From: Candidatus Latescibacterota bacterium
GTDB lineage: Bacteria > Latescibacterota > UBA2968 > GCA-2709665
Assembly (NCBI GenBank): GCA_965222075.1
Contig: OZ244937.1
Location: forward strand, 1,600,001 to 1,664,000
Direction of reading: 5' to 3'
Length of the DNA stretch: 64,000 nt
A program made the position numbers and the translations under genes. Positions within the stretch are counted from its first letter, which is position 1. Each line of letters opens with the position of its first letter. The notes beneath the pieces are model-generated. The model made no database searches and was not told where the DNA came from. It was given only the letters and a program-made list of their open reading frames with translations. Below are positions 1 to 8,398 of the stretch, in pieces.

Positions 1-1152
1 CTCGGTATACTCCAGGCACAGACGGACCAGACGGGGGTGGTCAAAGGCGTTTTGCATGCCCATCAACGCTTCCGCCTGAGGATAATCCCCGGCGGAAGCG
101 TACTTGCCGGGATCGTAGTGGTAGAACAACTCCGCAACATCCTGCATCAGCGTGCCGGAGAAATACGCGTACATCTCCGAGTTCTCATAATATCCCCCAT
201 CCCTGCCGATCACATTCTCCAGAAACGCCCGGAAAGCGCGGCCTGTCCAGGTGATGAACTCGGGTCTATCCGTCGCCAGCCCGATCGACAGCAGCGCCCG
301 GTACCCGTCCAGCTCGTGGTTCTGAAAGTGTGTGAGATTCCCCTCCCACAGATTGTAACCCCCCCCTTCGGTCATCACGTAATCCTCTAACATGCCCTGG
401 GCAATATTCTCCCGAATGCGAATGCGCCCGTTCCCCCGTGTCGGGGACACCTCGTCCATCCCGGAGAGGCCGGCCAGCAGGTCGTAGGCCTGCATGTCCA
501 CAAAACGCTGCCGGTTGACGTGGCAGGTCTCGGCCTGCATCCGCCCCATCTCCCGCTCTTCGCCTTCCGGAATATCCAGCGGCCCGATCGTGGTGGGAGA
601 CAATGTGGCCAGCGCGTCGTAGATCAGCAGCGCCTTCTCTCCAAACCGCGTCTCTCCGGTAATCGCATAGGCCAGGGCCAGGTTCAGCAGGGCATTGTCC
701 GTCGGCCCGCCGGACCCGTAGGAGTAGGTCCCCAGCATACTCACGATAAAACTGTTCCACACCGGCACCGGCGCAAACCACTTTCCATCGTCATAAAAAC
801 CGTGCCCCTCGTCCCGGAACGGAGACCCTTTCCGATCCTCCGGATATTCCCGCCCGCATGCCCCGCAGAACGCACGCCCGGGCTGAGACAGATCGCATTG
901 CCAGGCCGCCTTGCAGCAGGGCGTGCCGTTCCGCCCGCTGCAAAAAATCGACCCCCGCCCGGGCACCAGACTCAGAATCTCCCCGTCGGGCACCCGCACC
1001 CACCTCTCCGCAACCTCGCTTATCCGTGCCCATTCCCGTGCGGCCCACGCCTGTGTTTGAATATTGCTACGTGCCTGGCGAATCGCGTCCGGCGTGTACC
1101 AGATGGACCTTCCCGGCTGTGGAATCGGCGCATCCAAATCGACAGGTCGCAT
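1..1152 (-). CDS. Heparinase II/III / alginate-lyase-like protein, N-terminal part (runs off window)
   Basis: Manual translation MRPVDLDAPIPQPGRSIWYTPDAIRQARSNIQTQAWAA...LALAYAITGETRFGEKA...NHE...GRDGGYYENSEMY; RBS AAGGGGAG upstream. Absent from the ORF track because it has no stop inside the window. Confidence 0.55.
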   Translation of the reverse strand, partial: MRPVDLDAPIPQPGRSIWYTPDAIRQARSNIQTQAWAAREWARISEVAERWVRVPDGEILSLVPGRGSIFCSGRNGTPCCKAAWQCDLSQPGRAFCGACGREYPEDRKGSPFRDEGHGFYDDGKWFAPVPVWNSFIVSMLGTYSYGSGGPTDNALLNLALAYAITGETRFGEKALLIYDALATLSPTTIGPLDIPEGEEREMGRMQAETCHVNRQRFVDMQAYDLLAGLSGMDEVSPTRGNGRIRIRENIAQGMLEDYVMTEGGGYNLWEGNLTHFQNHELDGYRALLSIGLATDRPEFITWTGRAFRAFLENVIGRDGGYYENSEMYAYFSGTLMQDVAELFYHYDPGKYASAGDYPQAEALMGMQNAFDHPRLVRLCLEYTE

Positions 1153-1187
1153 AAGTCTCCCCTTTCAGTGAAGTCTTTGCACGCACG

Positions 1188-2150
1188 CTAAATTGGCACC
1201 GCGTTCCCCGTATTCGCCGCCTCTCTGGCCGCAAGCGCAATCCGGATGGCGAGCTTGCCATCCTCCCCGGTCGTCAGAGGCGTTTTCTCCTCTCTAACGC
1301 ACCGGATAAAATGCTCGGCTTCGGCCAGCAGCGTCCCCTGAATCCCCCGTTCGCCCATCGGCCACGTAATTGAATCGGCCACCTGGTAGCCCGCATCCGT
1401 AAACACCTTCAGAGGCTGAGACATAAAATCCACGTGCAGAACCCCCGCGTCTCCCAGAATCTCGATGTTCCGGTCCACGCCGTGGGGATAGGTTGCCGGA
1501 TACGCAAACGTCTCGTAAAGCGCCGCGATGGACCCGTTGGGAAACTTGAAAGTCATCACCGCACAATCGGTGAAATTCTGATCCTTCAAAACAAGTTGCC
1601 CCATCTCTCCATACACCCGTTCCGGAGCGCCTCCCATCAACCAGCAGACCAGATCGATATTGTGCGGCCCGGCATAGTTCAAAACCCCTCCGGTTTCATC
1701 GTCGTTCACCCACGCTCTACCCCTCAGCACGGAAAGCGGATGGCATCGCCTGGCAAACATCATCCTGGGCGTGCCGATCTCCCCGGCGTCGATCCGCCTT
1801 TTGGCTTCCGCACAGGGATGGCTGTACCGCTCCGTGAACCCGACCATCAAAATCACACCGTTCTCCTGCGCTTCCCGGATCATCCGGTCCGCCTCTTCCA
1901 AAGAACGGCACATCGGCTTCTCACACAAAACGTGTTTCTTGTGTGCTCTTCCGGCGTGGCCACGATAATCGCCTGAATATCCGGATCGCTCAACATCGTG
2001 TGAAAATCCCGAAACCCCACAAAATTCGGCCGCCTCCTTAGCCGCTCGCATCCGTACTTCAGCGTTGGCGCAGGACCGGATGGCCAGGGCGAAATTCCGC
2101 CCCGCCTTCCCTCCGCCGATGATTCCGATCCCCACGTTTTTTTCGGACAT
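1188..2150 (-). CDS. Gfo/Idh/MocA family oxidoreductase, apparently damaged by compensating frameshifts/deletions near 1930-2050
   Basis: GIIGGG Rossmann motif and KHVLCEKP; the conserved segment 'DFHTMLSDPDIQAIIVATPEEH' lies in another frame. Confidence 0.8.
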   Translation of the reverse strand: MSEKNVGIGIIGGGKAGRNFALAIRSCANAEVRMRAAKEAAEFCGVSGFSHDVERSGYSGDYRGHAGRAHKKHVLCEKPMCRSLEEADRMIREAQENGVILMVGFTERYSHPCAEAKRRIDAGEIGTPRMMFARRCHPLSVLRGRAWVNDDETGGVLNYAGPHNIDLVCWLMGGAPERVYGEMGQLVLKDQNFTDCAVMTFKFPNGSIAALYETFAYPATYPHGVDRNIEILGDAGVLHVDFMSQPLKVFTDAGYQVADSITWPMGERGIQGTLLAEAEHFIRCVREEKTPLTTGEDGKLAIRIALAAREAANTGNAVPI

Positions 2151-2177
2151 GGCAAATCCCCTGTTGCTCATCCCCTG

Positions 2178-3647
2178 TCAATACAGGTCTTCCGGTGTGG
2201 TGACGGGACACCACCGTGCGGTGACCAGAGCGTCCGTCAGGGCGTTCCGCGCTTCGGGCGTGCCAACACGCCTGAGCGCCAGAGCAGCATAAAACCGGTT
2301 GTACCTGTCATCGTCTTTCAACGCCTTTACCAGGCCCGGCACAGCCGGGGCTGCAGACGGGCCGATTTTCGCCAGCGTCATCGCGGCGTTGCGGCGTACC
2401 CGGTAGTCCCGGTCCGCCAACACATCGGTCAACACGCGAACCGTGGCCGGGGAGAACGCCTCGACCGCGCCCAGGGCCTCAACAGCGTTGCGGCGCACCC
2501 ACCAGTGGTCGTCGCTCAAGCGATCCACAAGGGCCGGTACCGCTGAGCCGGCGCCGGGGCCGATTTTGGCGATCACATCAACCGCCATAGCCCGCACCCA
2601 CCAGTGATCGTCACCGAAAACATCGACCAGGGCCGGGACTGCGGGTGGCCCGATGACAGACAGGGCCACTGCCGCACAGCCTGCGGTGGGATTGGTGCCG
2701 TGCGCATTGTCCGGCGTTTTGGCAGTTGTCTCTTCGATGGACGCCAGGGTTTCCCGGCGCATGGCATCGATCAGAACGGGGACGGCAGGTTCTCCGATGG
2801 CGCCCAGGGCGAAGGCTCCGTTCAGACGGACGGTTTCCGATTCGTCGCGCAGGGCTTCAAGCAGGCGGGGGACGGCTTTCTCTGCAGCTTCCGAACGAAG
2901 GGCGTCGGGTGCGTACCGGCCGCAGAGCCACGACCAGACGTCCAGCGATACGGCCCTGTCCGGAGCAGGGGCATCCCACTCATTGCTGCTGTGATTCCAG
3001 GATGGGAACTGAGGCTCTTGGGTGCGGACGAACTGGAATTTGAGCATATACCGTTTGTTGGCGCTCACATTCGGGGTTGCCCGGTGCCAGGCGTCGAAGT
3101 GGATGAGTGCAACGGTTCCGGCCTTGCCGCAGATCGACACGGCCGGTTCGCGGGTGTACTCAGGATCGGGGTCTGAGACCGTCCTGTAGGTGTGCAGACC
3201 GGACAGAAGGCCGGACGGACCCATGTCTTCGGTCGTATCCTGGGGGTAATAAAAGGCCAGCACCCAGTGAAAGCGTGGGTGACGGATGTTGTGGTCGAAG
3301 ACGTAGCAGTCCTTGTGCCAGCTCTGGCCCTTCCCGCCGGGTGGATTGAGGTGGCAGTGGCGGTGGGGATTCAGGATATAACCCGGCCCCAGGAGGCTGG
3401 TAAGCGCGCCGCACACGGCCGGATGGTCGAAAACCTCCTGAATCCGGGGAACTCTGGGCAGAATATTGTTTCCGACATTGCCCTCTTTTTCGAATACGGT
3501 TTCAATCTGCCGGAAGATGCTTTCGTGGAAAGAAGCGGGATAATCGGCCTGGACGGTCGTATAACCATCCACGATGAACTGCTGGACCGCAGCGTCGTCC
3601 AGAAGATACGCCTGGTCTGCCACATTCCACCTCACTTTCATGTCCAA
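2178..3647 (-). CDS. Phytanoyl-CoA dioxygenase (PhyH)-like domain fused to HEAT/PBS-lyase repeats
   Basis: WHKD and WHRA Fe(II)/2OG ligand motifs; repeated 'L.D.D..VR..AA.ALG.IG'. Confidence 0.85.
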   Translation of the reverse strand: MDMKVRWNVADQAYLLDDAAVQQFIVDGYTTVQADYPASFHESIFRQIETVFEKEGNVGNNILPRVPRIQEVFDHPAVCGALTSLLGPGYILNPHRHCHLNPPGGKGQSWHKDCYVFDHNIRHPRFHWVLAFYYPQDTTEDMGPSGLLSGLHTYRTVSDPDPEYTREPAVSICGKAGTVALIHFDAWHRATPNVSANKRYMLKFQFVRTQEPQFPSWNHSSNEWDAPAPDRAVSLDVWSWLCGRYAPDALRSEAAEKAVPRLLEALRDESETVRLNGAFALGAIGEPAVPVLIDAMRRETLASIEETTAKTPDNAHGTNPTAGCAAVALSVIGPPAVPALVDVFGDDHWWVRAMAVDVIAKIGPGAGSAVPALVDRLSDDHWWVRRNAVEALGAVEAFSPATVRVLTDVLADRDYRVRRNAAMTLAKIGPSAAPAVPGLVKALKDDDRYNRFYAALALRRVGTPEARNALTDALVTARWCPVTTPEDLY

Positions 3648-3779
3648 CGTCCCCGGGGGCCTCCCTCAAAGCGGGTGACCGGGACCGCCGGGATGAGGGT
3701 CTATGTCAGGTATCGTGCGCTTTTTCGTATCAGCAAGATAATACCTCTCGCCACGATACACAATGATTTATGACGCTAT

Positions 3780-3807
3780 GTAGGGGCGGTTCGCGAACCG
3801 CCCCTAC
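3780..3807. repeat. GTAG-family REP palindrome
   Basis: GTAGGGGCGGTTCGCGAACCGCCCCTAC, perfect inverted repeat, intergenic. Confidence 0.8.
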
Positions 3808-3936
3808 AAAACCACCGTCATCGAAACCGACATCGAGGAGGCGAACGGCGACCGGAGCCCCCGAACCACACCTGGCGGACATTTCGGCAGCAATGCGGCC
3901 CGGGTCGGCCGGTGTCACCGGGTGCTCACAAAAAGG

Positions 3937-3965
3937 AAAGCGGCCCTTGCGGACCGCTTTTTCCC
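3937..3965. terminator. Intrinsic terminator hairpin (identical to 5948-5976)
   Basis: AAAGCGGCCCTTGCGGACCGCTTTTTCCC, downstream of the stop at 3999-4001. Confidence 0.7.
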
Positions 3966-4217
3966 CACGACTTGTTGCTGAAGGTGTGGAATGCGTACTT
4001 ATTCAAAAACCTCAAATTGACCGTTCCTGACGATCAGAACAGTCGCTTCGTATACCGCGTCCCCATCGTTGTTAAAAGAGAACTGGCCTAAAATCGTGTC
4101 CAGATTTCTGATACCCGCCATCGCATCTCGAATCGCGCTCGCCTCTGTCGACTAGATGATCCGAAGAATAAAAAATTAGACGGTCTCTGCCTTCGATTCT
4201 ATTTTCCTTATCGTTTA

Positions 4218-4242
4218 CCTGTCTGCCATCTGCACAGGCAGG
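4218..4242. repeat. 25-bp hairpin insertion element, copy 1
   Basis: CCTGTCTGCCATCTGCACAGGCAGG at TA^TC; removal restores GGA TAA, the transposase stop. Confidence 0.9.
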
Positions 4243-4391
4243 TCCGAGGATTCGGTCCAGTTGCACCAAGCCTACAACGGCTCCTGCAATCATCGGGAAC
4301 AGCCCCGCTCCCAGGCGATAATCTTCGCGAAGGATGCGCCATCCTTTGATGCGACGGATGCTGTGTTCCACATAAATACGCTGTTGGGCTA

Positions 4392-4418
4392 CCTGTCTGC
4401 GTGCGACGCACAGGCAGG
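4392..4418. repeat. 27-bp hairpin insertion element, copy 2 (in frame)
   Basis: CCTGTCTGCGTGCGACGCACAGGCAGG at TA^TC; removal restores ENRQIAQQRIYVEH. Confidence 0.9.
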
Positions 4419-4531
4419 TCTGCCTGTTCTCCAGACGTTGTTCTGAGGTGAGTTCACCCCCCTTTGGCTTTTTATGGGGTGAGATGATCTGGGGATGGGC
4501 TTGACTCTGATAGCCTTTATCTCCCAGTTTA

Positions 4532-4556
4532 CCTGTCTGCCATCTGCACAGGCAGG
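4532..4556. repeat. 25-bp hairpin insertion element, copy 3 (frameshifting)
   Basis: Identical to copy 1, at TA^TC; removal restores FPNADKLGDKGYQ. Confidence 0.9.
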
Positions 4557-5574
4557 TCGGCATTGGGAAATTGGGAGTCCACGCCACTTTCTTCGTAAAC
4601 TCGAATATCAGCTTTGGGTCCACGATGGCCTGCATCCACGCTGAGGATCTCTCCCTTTTTATCTGTGGCCACTTGGGTCTTGATCGTGTGGCGCTTGCGC
4701 TTACCCGAGTAGACCTGCCTTTGTCTGTGGTCCACAGAAGGCCTGCAAATGGGCGTTTCAAAGCTGTCAATTAGAACCCGATCCACCTCATCGGGATGCC
4801 AGGAAGGGTCGCTTTTCTTCCACTTCTTCTCCCCATCAAAGCGCTGAGTGGGGCAGACCGCTTGCAGAATCGGCACCACTTCGTGAAAGGTGTTTTCGGA
4901 GGTGTCCGCACTCACACCAAACAGTTGCCCCACCAACGCGTGGGATACGTTGTGACGCAAATAGAGCAAACTCATCAACACCTCTTGATAGGGCCTTAAC
5001 CGTCGCTTGCGTCCTCCCCCTACCCTACGCTTGCGATCAGGACGTGATGCTTGGGCTTGCTGGCGACGTTCTATCATCACCGGCAACACAGCCTCCAGCA
5101 GTTGGGACAAAGCCACTGGCGTAAGACCAAACAGAGCACGGATCTTTCCCGGATGGGTCGTATCAAGGGTGTGCAGATTCATCATCGCTGGCTCCTTGCG
5201 TAAATAGTCAAACAACCTACTCCTGAAGTAGCAGTGAGACAGTATTACGCAAATGGCTTGCCAAAGTCCAGCACTATTTCTCGGATCATCTACTGGGCAT
5301 TCAAGATCGCCCGCGCAAGAATAGGGAATATCGGTGGGAATCTCAAGCTTGCGAGCTTGAGTAAATTTCTGTCTTGCGGACAATGCGAAATTTGCAGATA
5401 TTTGTAGGCCTGGGTAGCCTTATACGGGAGTAGCTGAAACATCGCCCCTGCCCCGGTGCTACCCCCCAAAACAAACGCGAGAAGCATAACCAACATAAGC
5501 CATTAGGCCATCCTTTCGTTCCACAACAAATGGAATAACTGGTTCCAACACACACAACGAAATGAGACCCACTC

Positions 5575-5781
5575 ATGCAACAAGCCCCACCATCACCCGA
5601 TTTTGCCGCCAGGATTTCCCGCCTCGAGGGCGTAGTTGAACAGATGAACCAGCGCCTCACGGCCATCGAAGCACGCCTTGCGAACCTCGAAGCTCGCCTT
5701 GACAGCGCCTTCCGCTGGATTATCGGAATTCAATTCACGTCGCTTGTCGCCCTCGGAACGCTCATCCTGGTTAAGCTCTAA
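5575..5781 (+). CDS. Small coiled-coil protein with C-terminal membrane anchor (DUF1640/XhlA-like)
   Basis: Heptad repeats RLEGVVEQMNQRLTAIEARLANLEARLD followed by FRWIIGIQFTSLVALGTLILVKL. Confidence 0.7.
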   Translation: MQQAPPSPDFAARISRLEGVVEQMNQRLTAIEARLANLEARLDSAFRWIIGIQFTSLVALGTLILVKL

Positions 5782-5947
5782 CCCCACGCCGGGCGCCGGT
5801 CCACATCCGCGATTGACCGACGCTTGCGTCCGACATCGAGGACCGTTACGGCGTTGTTGCCGAAGATTCAGCAGGTGAGCGTTGCCCGGTAAGCTCGAAG
5901 CTTATGGGGCGACCTCCACCTTGCAGGATTCCGGCATTCCCAATGAA

Positions 5948-5976
5948 AAAGCGGCCCTTGCGGACCGCTTTTTCCC
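5948..5976. terminator. Intrinsic (bidirectional) terminator hairpin
   Basis: Same 29-mer as 3937-3965; lies between convergent genes with A- and T-tracts on either side. Confidence 0.75.
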
Positions 5977-6018
5977 TACCACATTGATCTATTCAATTTT
6001 GAGAAGACAGACGCGGGG

Positions 6019-7452
6019 CTACTCTTCCGGCCAACCATCGGGTATTTCGTTGGCGACGAGGGCAGCCTGAATGGCGATAGCGGCATCGCTGGTAACCCAG
6101 TCGCTCCAAAGATCGGCTTTGGAGCGCAGCCACCAGAGAGCTGCGTCATTTGTGCTGGCCTCCGGATTATCGTGCCGCCAAGCGGCAACTTCTTTGTAGA
6201 GGTCGAGGTCGAGGCCCCAGGCCCGCAGCATCTCGACGACGTCCGCGGCCCTATCCGGCAAACTGGAATGCACCGCAATCAGGATCGTTGGGTCTTCGTA
6301 GGCGCATGCCTTGTTTGTATCCCAGCACTCGTCGCTGAATGCGGGCTCCTCAAGCCGTACCAGGTCCAGGAGCAAGGCCGGGTCACTGGTGCCCCACTGG
6401 TAGCCGAGCCAGGGTTCGCGTTTCTCGTAGGCACTGTACAGGTCGGCGTCCAGAGCGGCGGCATCCTCCGGAGTGACGAGATGTACGTGGTCAGACAGGC
6501 CATAGCCTTCGACCTGGGCGACATTGATGGCCGCGCAGCCCCAGCCGCTAATGCAGGACATCAGGCGCGCTTTGCCTCCAGTCTCCTCGGTCACGAACAG
6601 GTTTTTGAAACGGTCTTCTTTGAGATCTTCTACGCTGTCCAGGTCGGGGTACTGCTCCTGGAGATACGCCGGAATGACAAACGCCGACTGCCAGGTGTTG
6701 CCCAGGCTTGGGCCCACGTTAATCACTTCGCCGGCGGCTTGAGATTCTGCCCAGCCTTCTTCCTGGTTGGGCAGCCAGACCTCCATGAAAACATGGGTCT
6801 CGCCTCTGCGCAGGCTATCAAACAGAGGCAGCGTGGAGCCGGAGATCAAATCGGTAGGATAGCCGTAGCCCTTCTCCACGATATACTGAGCGATGCGGTT
6901 TTGTATCTGGGCACTGGTCCAATCCAGGTCGCTGAAAACGATGGTCTCTTCAGGCTCTTCCGGCTCCGGTGGCAGAACGGATGAACCCAAAACGCGTGCC
7001 TTCCCGCCAACGGGCAAATCAACCATCAACTCATACCCACCGTTAATCGGAATACTCGACCACGAACCCAGCATGCTCCCATCCTGCATGGCGCGCGCCT
7101 GATAATAACCACTCACATCATCCCCCTCAATCTCCACCCTCGCCTCACCACTCTCATCGGTTGTGCCCGACCACGCATAATCTGCTGCCCGTCCTGAAAC
7201 AGAACGCGAGAACTCTACGGTCGCACCACTCACAGGCACCCCATCCTGATGCACCCTGGCCACCACCACAGCCTGCGTCACATCCCTGCTGACAGCCGGT
7301 TTACTCAGCGGCTGTCCAACCTGTTCGCCTGTCTGCCCGACAGGCAGACCTGCATCCGTTATCGGTGATGTTGTCACACGTTCACCGCTGCAACTCCACA
7401 TCACCGCACCGGCAAGCACCAGTACGATCACACTGCAAATACGTCTCAACAT
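6019..7452 (-). CDS. Glycine betaine/proline ABC substrate-binding lipoprotein with an extra N-terminal beta-sandwich domain
   Basis: Lipobox-like AVMWSC; IVFSDLDWTSAQ..N.IAQYIVEKGYGY, EVWLPNQ, SCISGWGC (ProX/OpuAC-like). Confidence 0.8.
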   Translation of the reverse strand: MLRRICSVIVLVLAGAVMWSCSGERVTTSPITDAGLPVGQTGEQVGQPLSKPAVSRDVTQAVVVARVHQDGVPVSGATVEFSRSVSGRAADYAWSGTTDESGEARVEIEGDDVSGYYQARAMQDGSMLGSWSSIPINGGYELMVDLPVGGKARVLGSSVLPPEPEEPEETIVFSDLDWTSAQIQNRIAQYIVEKGYGYPTDLISGSTLPLFDSLRRGETHVFMEVWLPNQEEGWAESQAAGEVINVGPSLGNTWQSAFVIPAYLQEQYPDLDSVEDLKEDRFKNLFVTEETGGKARLMSCISGWGCAAINVAQVEGYGLSDHVHLVTPEDAAALDADLYSAYEKREPWLGYQWGTSDPALLLDLVRLEEPAFSDECWDTNKACAYEDPTILIAVHSSLPDRAADVVEMLRAWGLDLDLYKEVAAWRHDNPEASTNDAALWWLRSKADLWSDWVTSDAAIAIQAALVANEIPDGWPEE

Positions 7453-7605
7453 AGCGCCCCCCTTTGGTTTTGCCTTCTTCACTACGAACTGCCGACCTTC
7501 GAGTCTGCCGAGTACCTGAGAAATTCGCTTCCCCATTGTAACATAAGGGATTTCTCCGTTTACGTCAAGTGACACATTCACTTTTTCCACCCGGGCCGTA
7601 CACGA

Positions 7606-8304
7606 TCACCGCCCCTCTGTTCTTCGCCCGATGCGAAATGGTATGAATAGCAGATAAAATAATATAAGCGCCATGCCATCCAGGATCGGGATGTACAACG
7701 GCCACGGCGCGAAAAAGAAAGGCGATTTCGTAGCGGGCGGCTGGCTGAGAAACATATAATTGCTCCCCAGCGCCAGGTTGACCCCGATCAGGACCACGGC
7801 CAGGAGATTGAGAAGCACGAAAACGCGGAGAACCGACCTGCCCGTCGGCCGCAGGCCCAGGCCCCACGTTGCGAACAGCGCACCGGCGACGATGCCGCCG
7901 TGAGTGATAAAATATTGAAAGAAGCGATACGCCGGATAGCCCACCTCGAGTTGAGGCGTCACAACCGCGTTGGTCGCGCCGACAAGTCCCCAGAAGTAGG
8001 CGATTTCGTAAGCCATCCGGCTGCGGAACACAAGCGTGGCCGCAACCGCGAAGACCGAGATGCCGCAAACGTGCAGCGGAAGGTGCGCCCGCACGAACGC
8101 GTGGACGCCAATGGCCTCCAGTCTGTAGCTCCAGTTCAGCGTTTCGTTGAGCAGGAGCACGCCCGCGAACGTGCCGCAGACGACCCGGGTCGCCGCCGAA
8201 TCGAGCCGCTTGACGATCATGGTCAAAATGAACGGCAAGCCGATCATCAGGCCCATCACCACAATGTGGGGAAAGCCCAGAAACTCAAACTGGTTTGAAG
8301 GCAT
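7606..8304 (-). CDS. TIGR02206/YwaF family integral membrane protein
   Basis: LPLHVC, YFITHG, GSNYMFL..PP, PWPLY motifs. Confidence 0.85.
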   Translation of the reverse strand: MPSNQFEFLGFPHIVVMGLMIGLPFILTMIVKRLDSAATRVVCGTFAGVLLLNETLNWSYRLEAIGVHAFVRAHLPLHVCGISVFAVAATLVFRSRMAYEIAYFWGLVGATNAVVTPQLEVGYPAYRFFQYFITHGGIVAGALFATWGLGLRPTGRSVLRVFVLLNLLAVVLIGVNLALGSNYMFLSQPPATKSPFFFAPWPLYIPILDGMALILFYLLFIPFRIGRRTEGR

Positions 8305-8398
8305 GGCTTCTCACGGGCGAAAAACCGCCGCGACAGCCGGGAGGGGCTACGCCCGGTGCCGACACGGAAATAGGGCCGGCCGTCATGTCACGGGCCGG

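Larger units (their letters stand above)
4215..5185 (-). pseudogene. IS5-family transposase disrupted by three hairpin insertions
   Basis: HTH region, LIDSFE, YSGKRKRHTIK, GDKGY, RIYVEH motifs; 971 bp minus 77 bp of inserts = 894 bp = 297 aa plus stop. Confidence 0.9.
4154..5291 (-). mobile_element. IS5-family (ISL2-like, DDE_Tnp_4) insertion sequence
   Basis: 17-bp terminal inverted repeats AGATGATCCGAAGAATA and AGATGATCCGAGAAATA (rc); 3-bp target duplication ACT at 4151-4153 and 5292-5294. Confidence 0.9.
3999..5330 (-). pseudogene. C-terminal remnant of a branched-chain amino acid (LivK-like) ABC substrate-binding protein, split by the IS
   Basis: Removing the IS and one ACT gives in-frame ILARAILNAQSTEASAIRDAMAGIRNLDTILGQFSFNNDGDAVYEATVLIVRNGQFEVFE*. 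Confidence 0.7.
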
